From assembly GCA_965153355.1 (NCBI GenBank), contig OZ231126.1, positions 10,912,001 through 10,976,000 on the forward strand: 64,000 bases of DNA, written 5' to 3'. The notes under the pieces were generated by a model that worked only from the letters and a program-made list of their open reading frames with translations, made no database searches and was not told where the DNA came from. Source of the DNA: Flaccisagitta enflata (lineage: Eukaryota). Position numbers and translations under genes: made by a program. The stretch's first letter is position 1. Every line of letters starts with the position of its first letter. Shown here piece by piece: positions 49,921 through 64,000 of this stretch.

Positions 49921-51089
49921 TAAGAATAATACCGCCCGGCGCACCGTCTTGGCCCGTGTATTCGGCCTTGTTTAAAGTCCAACTATTAGCATTATTGACG
50001 ATTCCTTAAGTATCTAAATGCGTCGCAACTCTTTGGTGGTACGTTCCTCGGACGGTCCGTTACTAAAGGACCATGAGCTAGCATAGACCATGAGCTAACA
50101 TTGATAAATCGAAGCTTGGTACACCGAATTCGTTATCAACAAGTTCATCGTAACAATGACGCATGTGTTAGTCCTTACAATCAAAATTTCTTACGAACAT
50201 GAAAAACAAAAACAAACAGGTCGCCCAAGGGCAATATGTGGTCAGCGATACCCGTTGCCCTGCTTTGAGTGATTGTGAATTGGAGTGAGGGGAAGCAGGG
50301 CAGCGGCCCCGAAGGGGACGAAGTCCTGTAGAACACAGGGGGACTTTCGTTCGTCCTGCCTGAAGAAGTGGATAAGATGCTATAGAGGGCTTACTGAAGG
50401 TCTCCAAGAGCCTAAACTGAGGCCTAAGAAGGCTAATATAATGCCTCAGAATGCCAATGGGAAGCTTTAGAGGGCTGACTTGAGGCTTGAGAGAGCTGGA
50501 TTAAGGCTTGAAAGGTCAGAGGACTGATTTGAAGCCTGAGAGCAATAAATTGAGGCTTAGATAGCTGATTTGAGGCCTGAGAGGCCAGGTTTGAGGCCTG
50601 AGAAGCCTTATTTGATGCCTAATGGGGGGGGGACGCACGAACGAACGAACGCACAAACGGACGAACGAAAGTCCCCCTGTGTTCTACAGGACTTCGTCCC
50701 CTTCGGGGCCGCTGCCCAAAAAGCAAACAAAAAACACTTCCAACAGTCAAACAGGGCCTCGAAAGTTGAATTCGACTCGGGGATGCTCAAGAATGAAGGA
50801 GCAGCCCATAGGCAGTATATGGTCAGCGGTACCCGAGCCCTGCTGTTGTGGTTTGTGATTAAAGTTGAGGGTGAGAGCAGGGTAACGGCCCCAGAGTTAA
50901 CGAAGCCATATTGTTGCTTCGTCTGAACCCTCGAATTTGAAAAACAATTGATGGCCATTTTTTCCATTGATGAAAAAATAACAATGCATTTTTTGATTCA
51001 TTTGAAACCTTCATACTTAATCTCAACTGTACATTACAATATTTGGGTGTTGTGTGTTATTAAGTAATGGAGAAAAAAAAATGTTCACG

Positions 51090-51149
<60 letters not shown>

Positions 51150-53957
51150 TCGCCACTCCTCATCCCCATAACTTCTCATCCTCCTCATCCTCTTCCTGTC
51201 CATGCTTTTGCTGACGATCTCAGACTTTCGTCTGCCGTCTGTTGTTTGAAATTTAGCCAAGTAAAAGAGAGTAAAAAGGTACTTGTATCAACAACAAGAA
51301 AAAAGAAACATATGGGTAATGAAAAAAACGACAACAACCCAAAAACAACAACGACTCTTGTATCTCTGTTGTTTGAAATTCAGCCAAGTAAAAGAGAGAG
51401 TAAACAAAAAAAGTTACTTGTATCAACGTGAAGGGAAAAGAAACATCACTTTTGGGTATTGGCAAGAAAACAATAAAACGACCACTCTTGTATCTCTGAT
51501 GTAGTCATCATTCTACGTTGTTTAGAGAAAAAGAATAAACAGAAAGTAGAAGATAAGAAAGATTCAAATCAAGTCCACATAGTGAATGAGATAAACAAAT
51601 ACGCGCCGACTTACGCGCTCACCCAAAAACGCCGTTTCTCTCGAGTAAAGACGGCGACCGCGCGGACGACGAGGATATCCATTTTCATCGTGGAACATCC
51701 GTTGAAGTCGCGTAGCGCGGAACGCGAAAAGTTGTTTATGATAATGTAGTTTTTTTGTGGTTGATCCTTTTTTATATGAACCTGGTCTGTATTGGTCCAC
51801 GTCCTCTCTCTCTTTAACGTGTAAGACAATCCCCGCCGAAAGCTACAACAGAACAAAAATAAAAGAAACAAAAAACAAGAAAAAAAAAAAAAGAGAACGA
51901 GAAAACCCGACTGAGATGTGAAAAGAAGATGAGAAAAGAATGAAACAAGATAGAAAAACAAGATAAAAAGAGAGATAAGTCCGAAGAGGAAAGGATTGAG
52001 AAAAAAAAGGTCTGCGAATTGAAATAGCAAAAAAGAAAACAAAAAAGTAATAAGTAAAAAGGAGAAAAAATTGAGAGAGAAACAGAGAAATTAAAGGGGA
52101 TTAAAAAGAAAATTTGGGGAAAAAACTCGCACATACAATTTTAAAAAAAGAAATCATTCAACATCAACTCGTCTGATTCGCGGAAATCCACCACCAGCAT
52201 CAGAAAGAAAAAAAAGAGAGGAAGAGAAAAAAAAAACCAAAAAACAAAAAAAAACCGAAACAAAGTAGAAATGAAATAATGAAATAGCAAACAGTTAAAC
52301 TTCAGCGTCTCTCTTTCTCTTTCTCTTGCATGCGCCGTCATCTGTACTATCATCAATGACGATGTCGAGGCCAGATGTGGACAGACCATCACTACTACCA
52401 TTTTGTCACCTCCTAAACACCGACTTATGATGTTGCTGTTGTGGATCTGATCGCTGGAACACGCTGATGCTGTTGTGGTCGTTACAACAGCGACTGTCAT
52501 AAGCAGATGCTGTTGTGGTCGTTATATACTTATATTGCAGCAACTGCACTGTCATCAGCTTCGCCATCTACATCATTATCATCACTATCTCATCGTCGTC
52601 ATCGCCTTCGGTTGCTGTAAAAAGTAACTGGTGATTGTTCTTGTAAGTGTTGTGATTTTTTCTCTCTCTCTTTCTGTGGTGTTACTTTTTTCGACCATCG
52701 AAGTGATGAGTTGAAAAAAAAAAAATCGAAGACTAAATTATAACCTTTTTTTTCGACGGTGGCTGCATTTTAAACGATTTTAAACGATTTTATCGGCAAA
52801 GAAAAAAAGACATTAGAAAAGGAAAACAAAAACAAAAAAAAAGACCAAAAGAGGTGAAAAACGAAAAAAAACTTTTTCTCATCTGATTGGGTTGAAAGTT
52901 GAAACATTCTTTTGTGCATAACCTTGCTTGATGTCATAGACCGCGCTGCATCTCAAACCAAATTCTGTATTCTTTTATTCTCTCTCTCTTTGTCTTAATG
53001 TATACACATCGCTTTCTCGCTAAAGAAACAAAGAATGAAACCAACAAGATACAAAGGAAATAGAGTCTAAAAAAGTGGAATCGAAAAAAAAAAAGAATTA
53101 TCGAAAAAATAAATTGTGAACGACCTTTCGCTACGACCTTTTCGGGCCGCGCCTTCTGCGCTTGAAGTGTTGCTCGCGCGCGCTTGCAAAACAAGAAATT
53201 CCTCCGCCGCTTCCATCATTTGTGTGTGTTTTTATTCTTTATTTTCTTTTGTAAACAAACATTGTAAACGTAAACAATGTATACCTCAATCGTTCAAGTT
53301 CCACCCGTGTTTACCATCAACAAAAAGGCCGCCGCCATTCCAAAAGACGAAACGTGGCAACCGCAAAACTTAGCTATCGGTGAGAAAAATAATCAATGAC
53401 CTATCAACCATAATTTGTAATCTATAATCTGCATTCTAAAATCTAGAATATAACCTATAACCTACGATCTACAATCTTTGGTTTGTGATCTATGATCTAT
53501 AATCTATTATCAATACCCTCTGATTGATAATCTATAACCCTATGAACAATCTAGATGTGATAAAATTGATAGGTTTTGATATGGCTTCAACATTGTTTTA
53601 AAGCGTGAGCAACGAAAGCCGAAAAGAATGCGTGCTTGTGCGTGTTTGTTATAAATTTATTGTTAGGGTACCCTGTTGGAAAAATATTTTAGGACTTTAC
53701 AGGCTATCCCTCGGGGCGGGCTTTTTACAATTCCCTTACATTGTAATTGCAGCGATCTCGTAAATAGAATTCATTCATTCTTGAATGACAGTCTTGAAAG
53801 AAGGAACGAGTTCATGAATGAAAGACTAAATGAACGAATTGCTTAATGAATGAATGACCAAAACAAGGATTTGAACGCAAAGTGTGGAAGCCGATATTTT
53901 TTCAGCTTTATCAGCTTTAACAGGGTAAAAGAAATAAGTAAGAAAAAAGGATAAATA

Positions 53958-54864
53958 CAGGGTGTTTCATGCCAAATTAGTTATTAGAAAACGATGGCAT
54001 TCTGCTTCTAAAAATACAAAAATAGATCTGAAAAAAAATTCAAAAAGCTTATAAGCTCAGGCATTTCAAAAAAAGATTTCATGGGTCTGGGTCAAATATT
54101 CTAGCCACAACATCAATTTGAAGTGAACTGGGCATTTGGAGGAGAAGCTCTTTGAACTTGATTTTGACTCTGAAAGTTCTTTTTTATATGCTCTCGTTTA
54201 TAAATGGCTTAAGTCACAATGCCGGATTTGTTCCAAATTAAAGCTTATCAAATTTTCTTTACTTTGAGACCAATCTGGCATCTGTGGCGTAAGCCATTTA
54301 GAAATGAGACCAATTTAAAAGAAATCTTCCAGGATTACTATCATTGTTCCTTTTTTTGTCAACATTTATATGCGACAATCCAAGCAGAAAGTACAATCTT
54401 AAGGTCTGCTACAGAAATAGACGGAATGGGGAAAGAAAAAAAATATAAAGAGAGATCAAGAAGACTGGGGGGGCGAGAATCACAAGGTTTTGCTCTTTTC
54501 TTTTTCTTGGGGCTCACGTAGGAGAAGAGGGATTTAAGGACTTTGTTATTATGATCCATATGAGAATATTGAAAGTATAATCTAGCCTTCTCAAACATCA
54601 ATTGAGTCATAGCCATAAAATTCGCGTATTCGTCTGATACTCTGCCATTGGCAAAAACCAAAGGTTAATTGAAAATCAGCTGTGATTATTTATTTTACTT
54701 CATCCTGATATTATGGCTAAACTATTTTACTCAGACCAATGAAATTTTCACACAAAAAACCGGAGCTCAAGTGCTCTTTGAATTTCTTTTTCAGAACTAC
54801 TTTTGCATTTGTAGAAAAAGAATGGCATCGTTTTCTCATATCTTATTTGGCATGAAACACCCTG
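53958..54864. mobile_element. Tc1/mariner-type MITE
   Basis: TA-flanked; TIRs CAGGGTGTTTCATGCCAAAT / ATTTGGCATGAAACACCCTG with imperfect inward extension. Confidence 0.8.
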
Positions 54865-56155
54865 TAAATAAAAACAACTTAAACAAACAGAAGAAGATAT
54901 GAAAATAAGATTTTAGCGCCTTTCAATGGCAAAAAACCGAAACAGTAAAAATAAAAACTGAAACTTAATGTTGTAATCTCGGTAACTTTGGACCAATATC
55001 AAGCATATTCCCTCGATTGATGGCCGAACGCACAACATAGAACAACATGTTTTACAGAAATAGGTGACTTATGATTTTGGTTAGTCTTTTTTCTCATTTT
55101 CACACTTCTACAATTAATGGTTAGTTTAACTAATCACAAAATGTTGCATAACTCATAAAATGTTTGAAATAGGGTGGTTACCCAAGGGCCTTGATGAATG
55201 GATATTTTAGAATTCAACGTTCGGTTAATCATGTATGAATGATTCAGACAAGCAGAGGCCAATATTTAATCAAGGAACCCGCACGACAACACTAATGGCT
55301 TTCAATGAAATGAATGATTCGATTCTTGCATCGTGTTGCCTTGCGGACTCCCATTTTATTACCGACCTCTGCTTGTCTGATCCACCTAATGTGTATAGCC
55401 TATTGTATGACAAAGTTTAAATTCTACCCATTAAAAAAAAACTACTTAGTGTGGAAGACATCTTATCGCATTTCTCCTATTTAGCGTCCCCTCCCTAAGT
55501 AGCGCCCCCTCTTATCAGAAAAAGAAAAACATGCTACAGCTATACAAACTTCAAATCTTTTTATATCATTTCATGGAAAAGAATGAGAACATTAAAATGT
55601 TTCAAATTAAAGAATTTTTTTCCTTTTGTCTTTGCTTTTTTTCACTATCTGTCTTCTTTTATCTTTAATTCTATACTTTTTTTAAAAGACGATAGGATCT
55701 AATGAGGGTAAAATGGCATAGTCAAAAAATGGTTTTACAAGCACCCGGGGGGTTATTTAGGAGAATTAAGGTATCTTGTTTCTAGACATTGAGGATCCTG
55801 TAAAGTGTTCACAGAAATGGTAAATTAGAAAGTTGGAGCGGCGGCATTCAGAGAGCCATTCAAAAAAAAATCGTCGTTTTTTAAAAAAAACTATGCTATG
55901 TTGTCTACTTCAATTCAAATTTAACATTGAACCCAAAGATATTTTGGCAATTATTCGTAGGATTTTAATTGTCAGGTAAAAAAAGCATGTAACGATCTGA
56001 GATGAGAAAAAAACTCTCTTTCTTTTTTATTTGAATACCGCCATTCAACAGTATTCTGACAGACACCTGTTACCGCTCTGGCTCTTGGTTTTAAAAATTC
56101 AGTTGTTCGTAAGCCAATTTTATCAAGTAACGAAAAATTGCAAGAAAAAAAGAGT

Positions 56156-56403
<248 letters not shown>

Positions 56404-56492
56404 AACAGAGACACAGATACAAATAACAATTCCAAATACACGCACACACAGCTAGACAGACAGACAGACAGACAGACACACACACACACACA

Positions 56493-56587
<95 letters not shown>

Positions 56588-58197
56588 TGATCAAATATTG
56601 GATCCCACTCAACAACATCAGGTAGAGAGAGAAAAAAGTCAACCAATTTCGCTATGGTAAGAGAACACGAAAAAGAACCAAATTCATTGATTTATATTTC
56701 GTGTTCACGATCAAGGATCGCAATTTGACTTTTTAAAACCGCACAAAAGAGACCATTTATAAAAGTTTTAAAAGACCTTTAATAGTCGCAAAAGCGTTAG
56801 ATGGTCAGCGGTACCTGTTGCCCCAATGTGAGTGTATGTTGGTGTGAGGTGGTTAGAGGGGCAGCGGCCCCGAAGGGGCCGATGACCTATGCTGTTTTTA
56901 TTTGAGCTTCAAGGCTGGAATTAGGGCCTGAAGGCTGGGATATGAGCCTTGCAGCTGGGATTTGAGCCTTGGAGCTGGGATTAGAGCCTCAAGCTAATAT
57001 TTGAGCCTCAAGGCTGGGATTTGAGCCTCAATGCTGGGATCTCAGCCTTGAGGCAAGGATTTGGACCTCAAGACCAGCATTTGGGCCTCGAGGCTGGCAT
57101 TTGAGCCTTGAGACTGGGATTTGAGCCTCGAGACTGGGATTTGAGCTTTGAGGCTTGGGTTTGAGCCTAGAGGCTGGGATTTGAGCCTCAAGGCTGAGAT
57201 TTGAGCCTTGAGGCTGGATTTGAGCCTTGAGGCTGGATTTGAGCCTCGAGACTAAGATTTGAGCCTCGAGACTGGGATTTGAGCTTTGAGGCTCGGATTT
57301 GAGCTTTGGGGCTGGGATTTGAGCCTCAAGGCTAGGATTTGGGCCTTGAGACTAGGATTAGGGCCTTGAGACTAAGATTTGGGTCTCGACAAGGGGGGGG
57401 GGGGACGTAGAAGAAGAAGGAGAAGGAGGAGAAATTTCTCCTGTGTGAAAGCATAGGTCATCGGCCCCTTCGGGGCCGCTGCCCAAAAAGCAGAATTGAT
57501 GAACTTTTTTCTCTCTCTGCGCGTCTCTTATGTGGGCCCCAAAAATGAGAGACCATGTACCACGCGTATAAAAAAAAGACAAAAAAAAGACGCACTTTTG
57601 AATGGCTATTTGTAGAAATACATTTCACAAATACCATTTCTAAACCATTGGAATGCCCATTAAAAGTACAATGTTGTTGCGGACGGGTGGGCAGCGGCAT
57701 CCTAACCGCATCCACCCCCCCCCAACACTCAAACATACACAAAAAGTCTCTACAACACAAGTGGTTATCAAAAATTTAGGCAAAATTGTTTGTTTTTGCT
57801 TCTCTGCACTGAACTCTCCATCATGAAATTACAAATCGTTTTCAGTACTCGTTTTCCCACTTTTCAACTCAATGACCCTGGAAGGACGGACGAACGGACA
57901 AAGCCTGTTAAAGAATTGTGTGTCTGCAACTAAAAATTCATTTGCTATCTTTTTATATCTGTGTAATTAATGAAAAGAAGGGTGTCTTTTTTTTAAACTC
58001 GTGTGGTACATCGAGGATTGCAAGATAGAGAGATGCTTTATGGGACTTGATGTGTTATTTATTTCCCTACCCTCGGATTCAAGCATCGCCGTTTGTCATT
58101 AACCTCCTTCTACTTGTAAAACTAGGCCCTCTGATCTTCTCCTTTGTTAAGGGGCAGATCGCTACTTTTCGGTCGGTGGGCAGATTGGCAGCTGGGT

Positions 58198-58276
58198 AGC
58201 ATATTTTCAGGATGGGAAGCATATTTTCAGGATGGGAAGCATATTTTCAGGATGGGAAGCATATTTTCAGGATGGG
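58198..58276 (+). repeat. 20-bp tandem repeat x4 (AGCATATTTTCAGGATGGGA)
   Basis: Read directly from the sequence. Confidence 0.9.
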
Positions 58277-58997
58277 ATGGAGTTTTAAGCTTGATCATGA
58301 TCTTGATCTTGATCTTGATCTTCCTTCGTCTTTCGTCGTTTCTTTCTGTGCTTCTGCCCCTGCCCAAATTCTTGATTTGCTTTCAATCCTACTCCTACCC
58401 ATTCGTGTTCCTGTGACTGACGCCATCTGGCCCTTAAAAAGTTTCTTCCTGTATCTCGGCTCCTTTCCAAACGCTTAATCAGCCTTCAATGCTACCCATA
58501 CTCATTAAGGCGGCTTCCTAAGGGTATTGATGAGTGAATATTTCAGAATTGGACATACAGTTAACCATGTATTCGATTTTAAATTCATAAATGAAATCAA
58601 AACGAAGGAGGCCAGTATCTGATCAAGAAACCTGCACGGCAACACAAATGAGTTTCTATGGACTAAAAAATGCCTGTATAGATACTCTGCCGTGTGTGTT
58701 CCCCATTCAAACACCGACCTCTACTTGACTTCTGTTCTAGAGGCCGCTAAGCGTGTATGGTAAATTGTATGACGAATTTAAAATTTTGACCAAACATCAC
58801 CCCTTGAGGAACCAGCCTTCTACTCCTTTGAATTCCCGCGACTAAGGCCATCAGGCCATCTTTCTGCTGCTCCTTCCCATTGAACAATGCCCTAATCAAT
58901 GCTCTCAATGTTTCTCCTTACACACAGCTTCACTTCATCCCTCGTGTCAGTTTATTTTCAACTTCAAGCCTAGATCTTTCATCACATACTGGTTTCT

Positions 58998-59057
<60 letters not shown>

Positions 59058-60839
59058 CCCTACATTTCATCGCAGACCAGGTTACCCCCCGGCCTCCCGC
59101 CTTTGACGGATACGAGCTTACTAAATATTTATGCTAGTTTACGAATAATGTTCACCTTTTATCCTCCGCCTTCGGGCCACAACACTCTATTACGGGACAA
59201 TGACCTAAGAGCTTACACATTGATTATCTATCCAATTTAACCCATAGATTTTCCCATCATTAAACGGGAGTAAAGTTCGATATGAATGGAAGTATAAAGA
59301 TCCCGTTAATTTTTATTTGATACAGTTGTAGATAACAATATCTTAATTCTATACAAATTATTATAAACTCCTTGGTAAAAACGGAGATCAAACTTAAATG
59401 TAAATCGCACAACATTACTACTCAAACCCAAACAACCGGGGGATGAGAGCCTTTGGAGGTTTCAATGATGTTCACCGTTTTTGAGTCTTTGAGTCTTTGA
59501 TTGTCCAAACAGGTCAGGTAGGATGGTTGTGCCTTTTCGATCATGGGCGAAAGGAGGAAAGCTCCCTTTTTGTATCCTTTCTTTTTTCTTTCCTCTCTAA
59601 CACAAGTCGTTCTTGCTTCCATTTCAACTTTCCTCAACACACGTTAATAAGAGGCGGTGCCCGTCGGTCGGTCAGTCGGTTGGTGGGTTGGTAACTAGTT
59701 TGCTGGACGCTGGCGCACGTACCGAGAACTGCGTTGTGGTTTCAAAGTTGAGTTTTACCCTGAGCGCGTCCAATTCATTGTTCTTGTTCTTGGCCGTGTT
59801 TCTGTCTTCGTTCTCATCCTTGGTTTTGAATTTGTCCCAGGTTCGATTTTAACCTGGTCAGTAGCCCGCTGGTCACGTCCTTGGATCTGAGAGTGAGACA
59901 AATTTGATTTGGGAACCGGCCTTCAATGAAAATGGTAGCTCTTTACGTTGCTGTGTGAGTCTGTCGGTTGCAGGGGCAGTATCGCGGTTGTGCAGTGTGG
60001 GCGGGGGCTGCAACATGGCTGGACAGGGGCAGTCCTGCTCTGAAATCACAATTTCAGCCGATTTCATGTCATGCCATATTCTGCCTCATGTGGAATCGCT
60101 GAGCGAGCGACTAAAAAGCGCAGCTCATCAACAACTCATTATCGTTCTTCTTTTTTTCGGATGTCATCAGCACATCATCACATGCTTTGCAATTCTTATG
60201 AAGAATCGAAGATGCTGATATTTCTCGTTTGTCTTGTTTTTCGGGGGGGGGGTCGAAGTGAACAGTTCTGAAATGACACGACGAGTATGAAATGACACGA
60301 CGAGTACGAGCTTCACTCTCGTTGTTGATTCAATTCAGCAGTCGGACAATTATGATGTAAAATGATATCATAATTCGAAAGATACCTTTTTCACTAGATG
60401 AAGTCATTCATCAGTTCAAACAGTCAAGCCAGACCCTCACGATCGCATTTGAAACAGCTTTTTAGTTGCGGACACGCAACTCTGTTAGTTCCTGGTCTGT
60501 CCGTCGGTCCGTCAGTCGGTCGGTCGGTCGGTCCATCGGTCGGTCCATGGACACTAGTCGAAAAGTGAGAAAATGAGTTGGTCCTTAATGATCGAGTTTA
60601 CAAGTGGGAATACGTTGCATTTCCGCCCCTGCCCACCCATCCGCAACTGATGGCCGTGTATCCGGCCTTGTTTTGGATCTCTATTGAGGTCATGTTCGTC
60701 CTTTGATCAGTCTGTTTAACGCTTTAGAGAGGAACCCGAAAAATATTCATATTCACCACCACAACTAAACGTGCGTCTTCATTCATTCATTCATTCATTC
60801 ATTCATTCATTCATTCATTCATTCATTCATTCACCATAG

Positions 60840-60968
60840 CTGTATTATCGAGCTGGAATCCTAGGTCATCGAACTCAAGTATTAACATTTGAGGAAGAGG
60901 AATTAGAAGCTTCAACCAATGCAGTGGGGAAGAGTCGAAAAAAGAGGAGCAAGAGGATGGAGAACTGA
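60840..60968 (+). other. Candidate terminal exon of an unidentified gene or pseudogene
   Basis: (ATTC)n tract, then accatag|CTG TAT TAT...; phase-0 reading LYYRAGILGHRTQVLTFEEEELEASTNAVGKSRKKRSKRMEN*. No family recognised. Confidence 0.25.
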
Positions 60969-62647
60969 TAGGAAAAGAGGAGGAGGAAGTGTTAAGAGCA
61001 TCGGGAGCTCTGTGTGTGGCCAAACGGCCAAGATACCGACTATGCAGATCTAAACGTTTTTTTCATAATTATGTCTGATTTAGATAGAAGATTATATTCT
61101 ATGAAAACAATCAATAATATTTATTCAATTATATCTATATATAATCTATTATGAAAATCTTTATGATTTTCAACAAAATTAAATAAAAAAAAAAAAAAAT
61201 ATAAACACAAAAAAAAAAGAAAGAAACTTATATATTGTATTTGTTAGAAAAGGTTTTTTAATATAAAGCTCAAAACTTTTATGTTTAGAGTGATTTTTTA
61301 GTTTAAACATTTGGATGAACTTTTACTGCTATAGCATTAAAGATTCTCAATTATTTATTAAAAAGCTTTAAAGTTTATCTTGAGTTAAAAATTTTTTTTT
61401 TTTGTAGTTTACAAAACAGTAGCAGAGAAAAAATGATAGTCATCTAAAAGAGAATTTTTTTAATATCTTAAGTTTGTTTTCATGAATTATTTAAAAAAGG
61501 ACAAAGAAAAAAAAACAAATAAAAAAAACAAAAGTGACAAAATAATAAAAAAAAGAGAGAGAAGAGAGAGAGGAGAGAGAGAGAAGAGAGACAGAGAGAG
61601 ACAGAGAAGAAAAAAAAGTTGAAAAGAGGATTGGATAGAGAAGAAGAGAAAAAGTTAAAAAAATAAACAAAAAAAAAAAAGACAAAAAAAAAGGAAAGAA
61701 AAACAAAAATGATAAATAAGAATGAAGAGGGGAGACTGAGGGAATAAAAAAAAAACAATGTCCAAGAAAGAAAAAGAATAAAATAAACAAAGCCGAATAC
61801 AGGGCAATTCAGGAGCAAACAGTTGGGCAGGAGCAGTAATGCTGAAAAAAATTTAAAGTCCTTAAGCTGATAGAAGACTAAGTCCGATTGCCACAAAAAT
61901 TTAAGTGGTAATTAGGTTGTCTGTCTTCTCATGCCAGTTCAATTTTTGTGTTAATCGGGTGATTTTCACTATGGCTGTCATTCTTTTTTTATTCCAGATC
62001 TCAGAAAAAAGCACTAAAATTGACATCCTTTGCTTCAGTTGCATTTATTTCACTACTGTCTTAACAAAACATTTTCTTTGATGATCCAACCTAAACATCT
62101 TTTCCAGAGCTTCAAAATCATCATGAATTTGATGTGAATTTTGTCAAATTTTCATGGTCAAAATGATTCAAAAAGAGACCGGTTGTTATCGCATAAACTC
62201 GATTTTTTCTTGAAAATTTTCAAATCTTTTTCATGATAAAAAGGATAGAAAAAATTGTCCGATTTGAATAATTTTTTAGGAGCTGTTAGATGAAGGTATG
62301 TATTGGTTTCAGTTTAAGTTTTATCCAAATCAGAGAAGGTCTACTATGGTTTTTGGATATTTATTTTTGAGCAATCATTCTTGACATGAGGTCAGAGCAG
62401 AAAAGGGGTAATCTCACTCAATTAGCTCTAACTTTTTAAAGGTTTGAGTCAGAGTTCCCAGACACGACTCAAATGACAGATCTTTCGAAGAGCTTTCTAA
62501 ACATCACTGATTTTGATTAGTTTTTCTCAATCTAAGGTAGATAGAATTAGATTTCAAAATTCCGCCATTTTTTATTTCCCCAAGGTTAAGGAATGAATGA
62601 AGGAATGGATCATTGAATGAATGAATTGCTGACGGAACCTGACATAC

Positions 62648-63040
62648 CGTTGAATAAACGAAGTAGTAACAGAACACTGCTATAAAAAGCGGGATGACGA
62701 AGTTGAGGAGAAAGATCATGATGATGTAAGATCGATCTCCAGAGTCCCGACTGAACCAATCGATACCACATGTTGTCATTGGGCCTTAAATGGATAAAAC
62801 GAACGAATGAGTAGTTGTTTTATCAATTAATGAAATCCCGACTTAATAAGTCAGTACCACATGTCTTGATTGGATCTCAAATGGATGAAGAGAATACTTC
62901 ATTGGTCCTTCAATGGATAATTAGAAATTTAGAATGAAAGATTGTTGTATTCGATGGTTCCATGAATCAAGTCCTTACTAAACCAATCAATGTCATGTGT
63001 CGTCATTGGTCCTTCAAATGAAGCATCCAACAATCTAATG

Positions 63041-63083
<43 letters not shown>

Positions 63084-63324
63084 TTCTTTGCCGTGCATTT
63101 GTGTGTGGGAGGTTGAGCTTGCTTACCCTCTGGAACGTATTGGTTCCACCCTAAAAATGGGAAGAAAGCGATGAGAATGGCAATTCCCCAAACAACTCCT
63201 ACGCACATCTTCCCTACGCACATCTTCGCTTTGGCTTGGTTCAACTTCATCGGCGACATTGGCCGAGTGATGCAAATGTATCGATCGATCGCCACGACGG
63301 CAACGGTGTTAATTTGCACAATAC
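62648..63324 (-). pseudogene. Inverted partial duplicate of the opsin (exons 63127-63324 and 62648-62784)
   Basis: Near-identical to 2582-2764 and 3405-3541, including splice sites and intron. Carries an in-frame 15-bp tandem duplication (KMCVG-KMCVG). I could not find the downstream exons (ICL3, TM6-7) anywhere to its left. Confidence 0.75.
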
Positions 63325-64000
63325 CTGTGTCATAAGAGTGTTGATTAGTAGGAACACCTGGTACAAAATAGTAGAAGGTAGGTAGACCGAAGTCGAACCG
63401 AAGCCGAAGATTACAGTGACTTTGTTTGCGAAACCGAATCCGAAGTTTGCCAAAGTCCAAAACTAAAGTTTGAAGTTACTTCAATTTTGTTGATTGAATC
63501 AAATTTTTCTTAGATTATCAAAACAAATATCAAATTTTGATTTTTTTTAAAGCATGTTTTTTTAATTTGCAGACACACAACTCTATAAGAGACTTTGTCC
63601 GAATGTCCGTCGGTGATTAGTTGGTCCCGATGCATTGGTGGTCATGGACATGATCAGAAAAGTGAAATGACGTTTAGAAGCATTTAGTTGCGGACAGTTG
63701 CATTTCCGCCCCTGCCCACCCATCCGCAACTGATGGCCATGTATCCGACCTTGTTTATTTTCATCTTGCACAATTTTTTACTTTTATTTCTCTTTTTTAA
63801 AAAGAGTGAATTCAAATCGTTTATTGATTTATCATTTCTTTTTATTTTTGAAAGGGAAAAATACTAGAATACTAATAAGTGAAATTTATTTTATTTAATC
63901 ATATCAATATAAATATGTGCTTGTTTCTCAAACTTTTCTCAAACTTTAAGTTAAAGTTTAAGTTAATCTCTGAAGCAAAACAAGTGGTTTTGATATTTCT

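Noticed and set aside
58285-58900. Possible decayed retroelement ORF on minus
   Set aside because: Multiple stops and no motif I can assign with confidence.

Overview
Repeat-rich, intron-rich animal (invertebrate) genomic DNA, probably arthropod, inferred from a Der p 7/group-7-allergen-like gene. Host genes reconstructed by hand from splice sites: (1) the last six exons of an opsin on + (2582-9676), with E181 and K296 equivalents and motifs that look xenopsin-like; (2) a complete 5-exon, 233-aa secreted group-7-allergen/TULIP-like gene on - (28463-31295); (3) an inverted, apparently truncated two-exon copy of the same opsin on - (62648-63324). The stand-out feature is a 6.84-kb hAT (hATm-like) DNA transposon (17963-24803). 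It has a perfect 8-bp TSD, unusually long (~0.8 kb) inverted arms and an uninterrupted 815-aa transposase ORF. Head-to-head with the transposase it carries an intronless 289-aa cargo gene with the motifs of Tpt1/KptA, the NAD+-dependent RNA 2'-phosphotransferase / nucleic-acid ADP-ribosyltransferase family. Also present: an orphan LINE-ORF1-like ORF, two ~1.6-1.7 kb foldback elements with CAC..GTG ends and 4-bp TSDs, many nested MITEs, Helentron-associated (HINE/DINE-1-like) repeats, and abundant micro/minisatellites that account for most ORFs in the supplied track. All family assignments come from motif recognition by eye; no database search was run.
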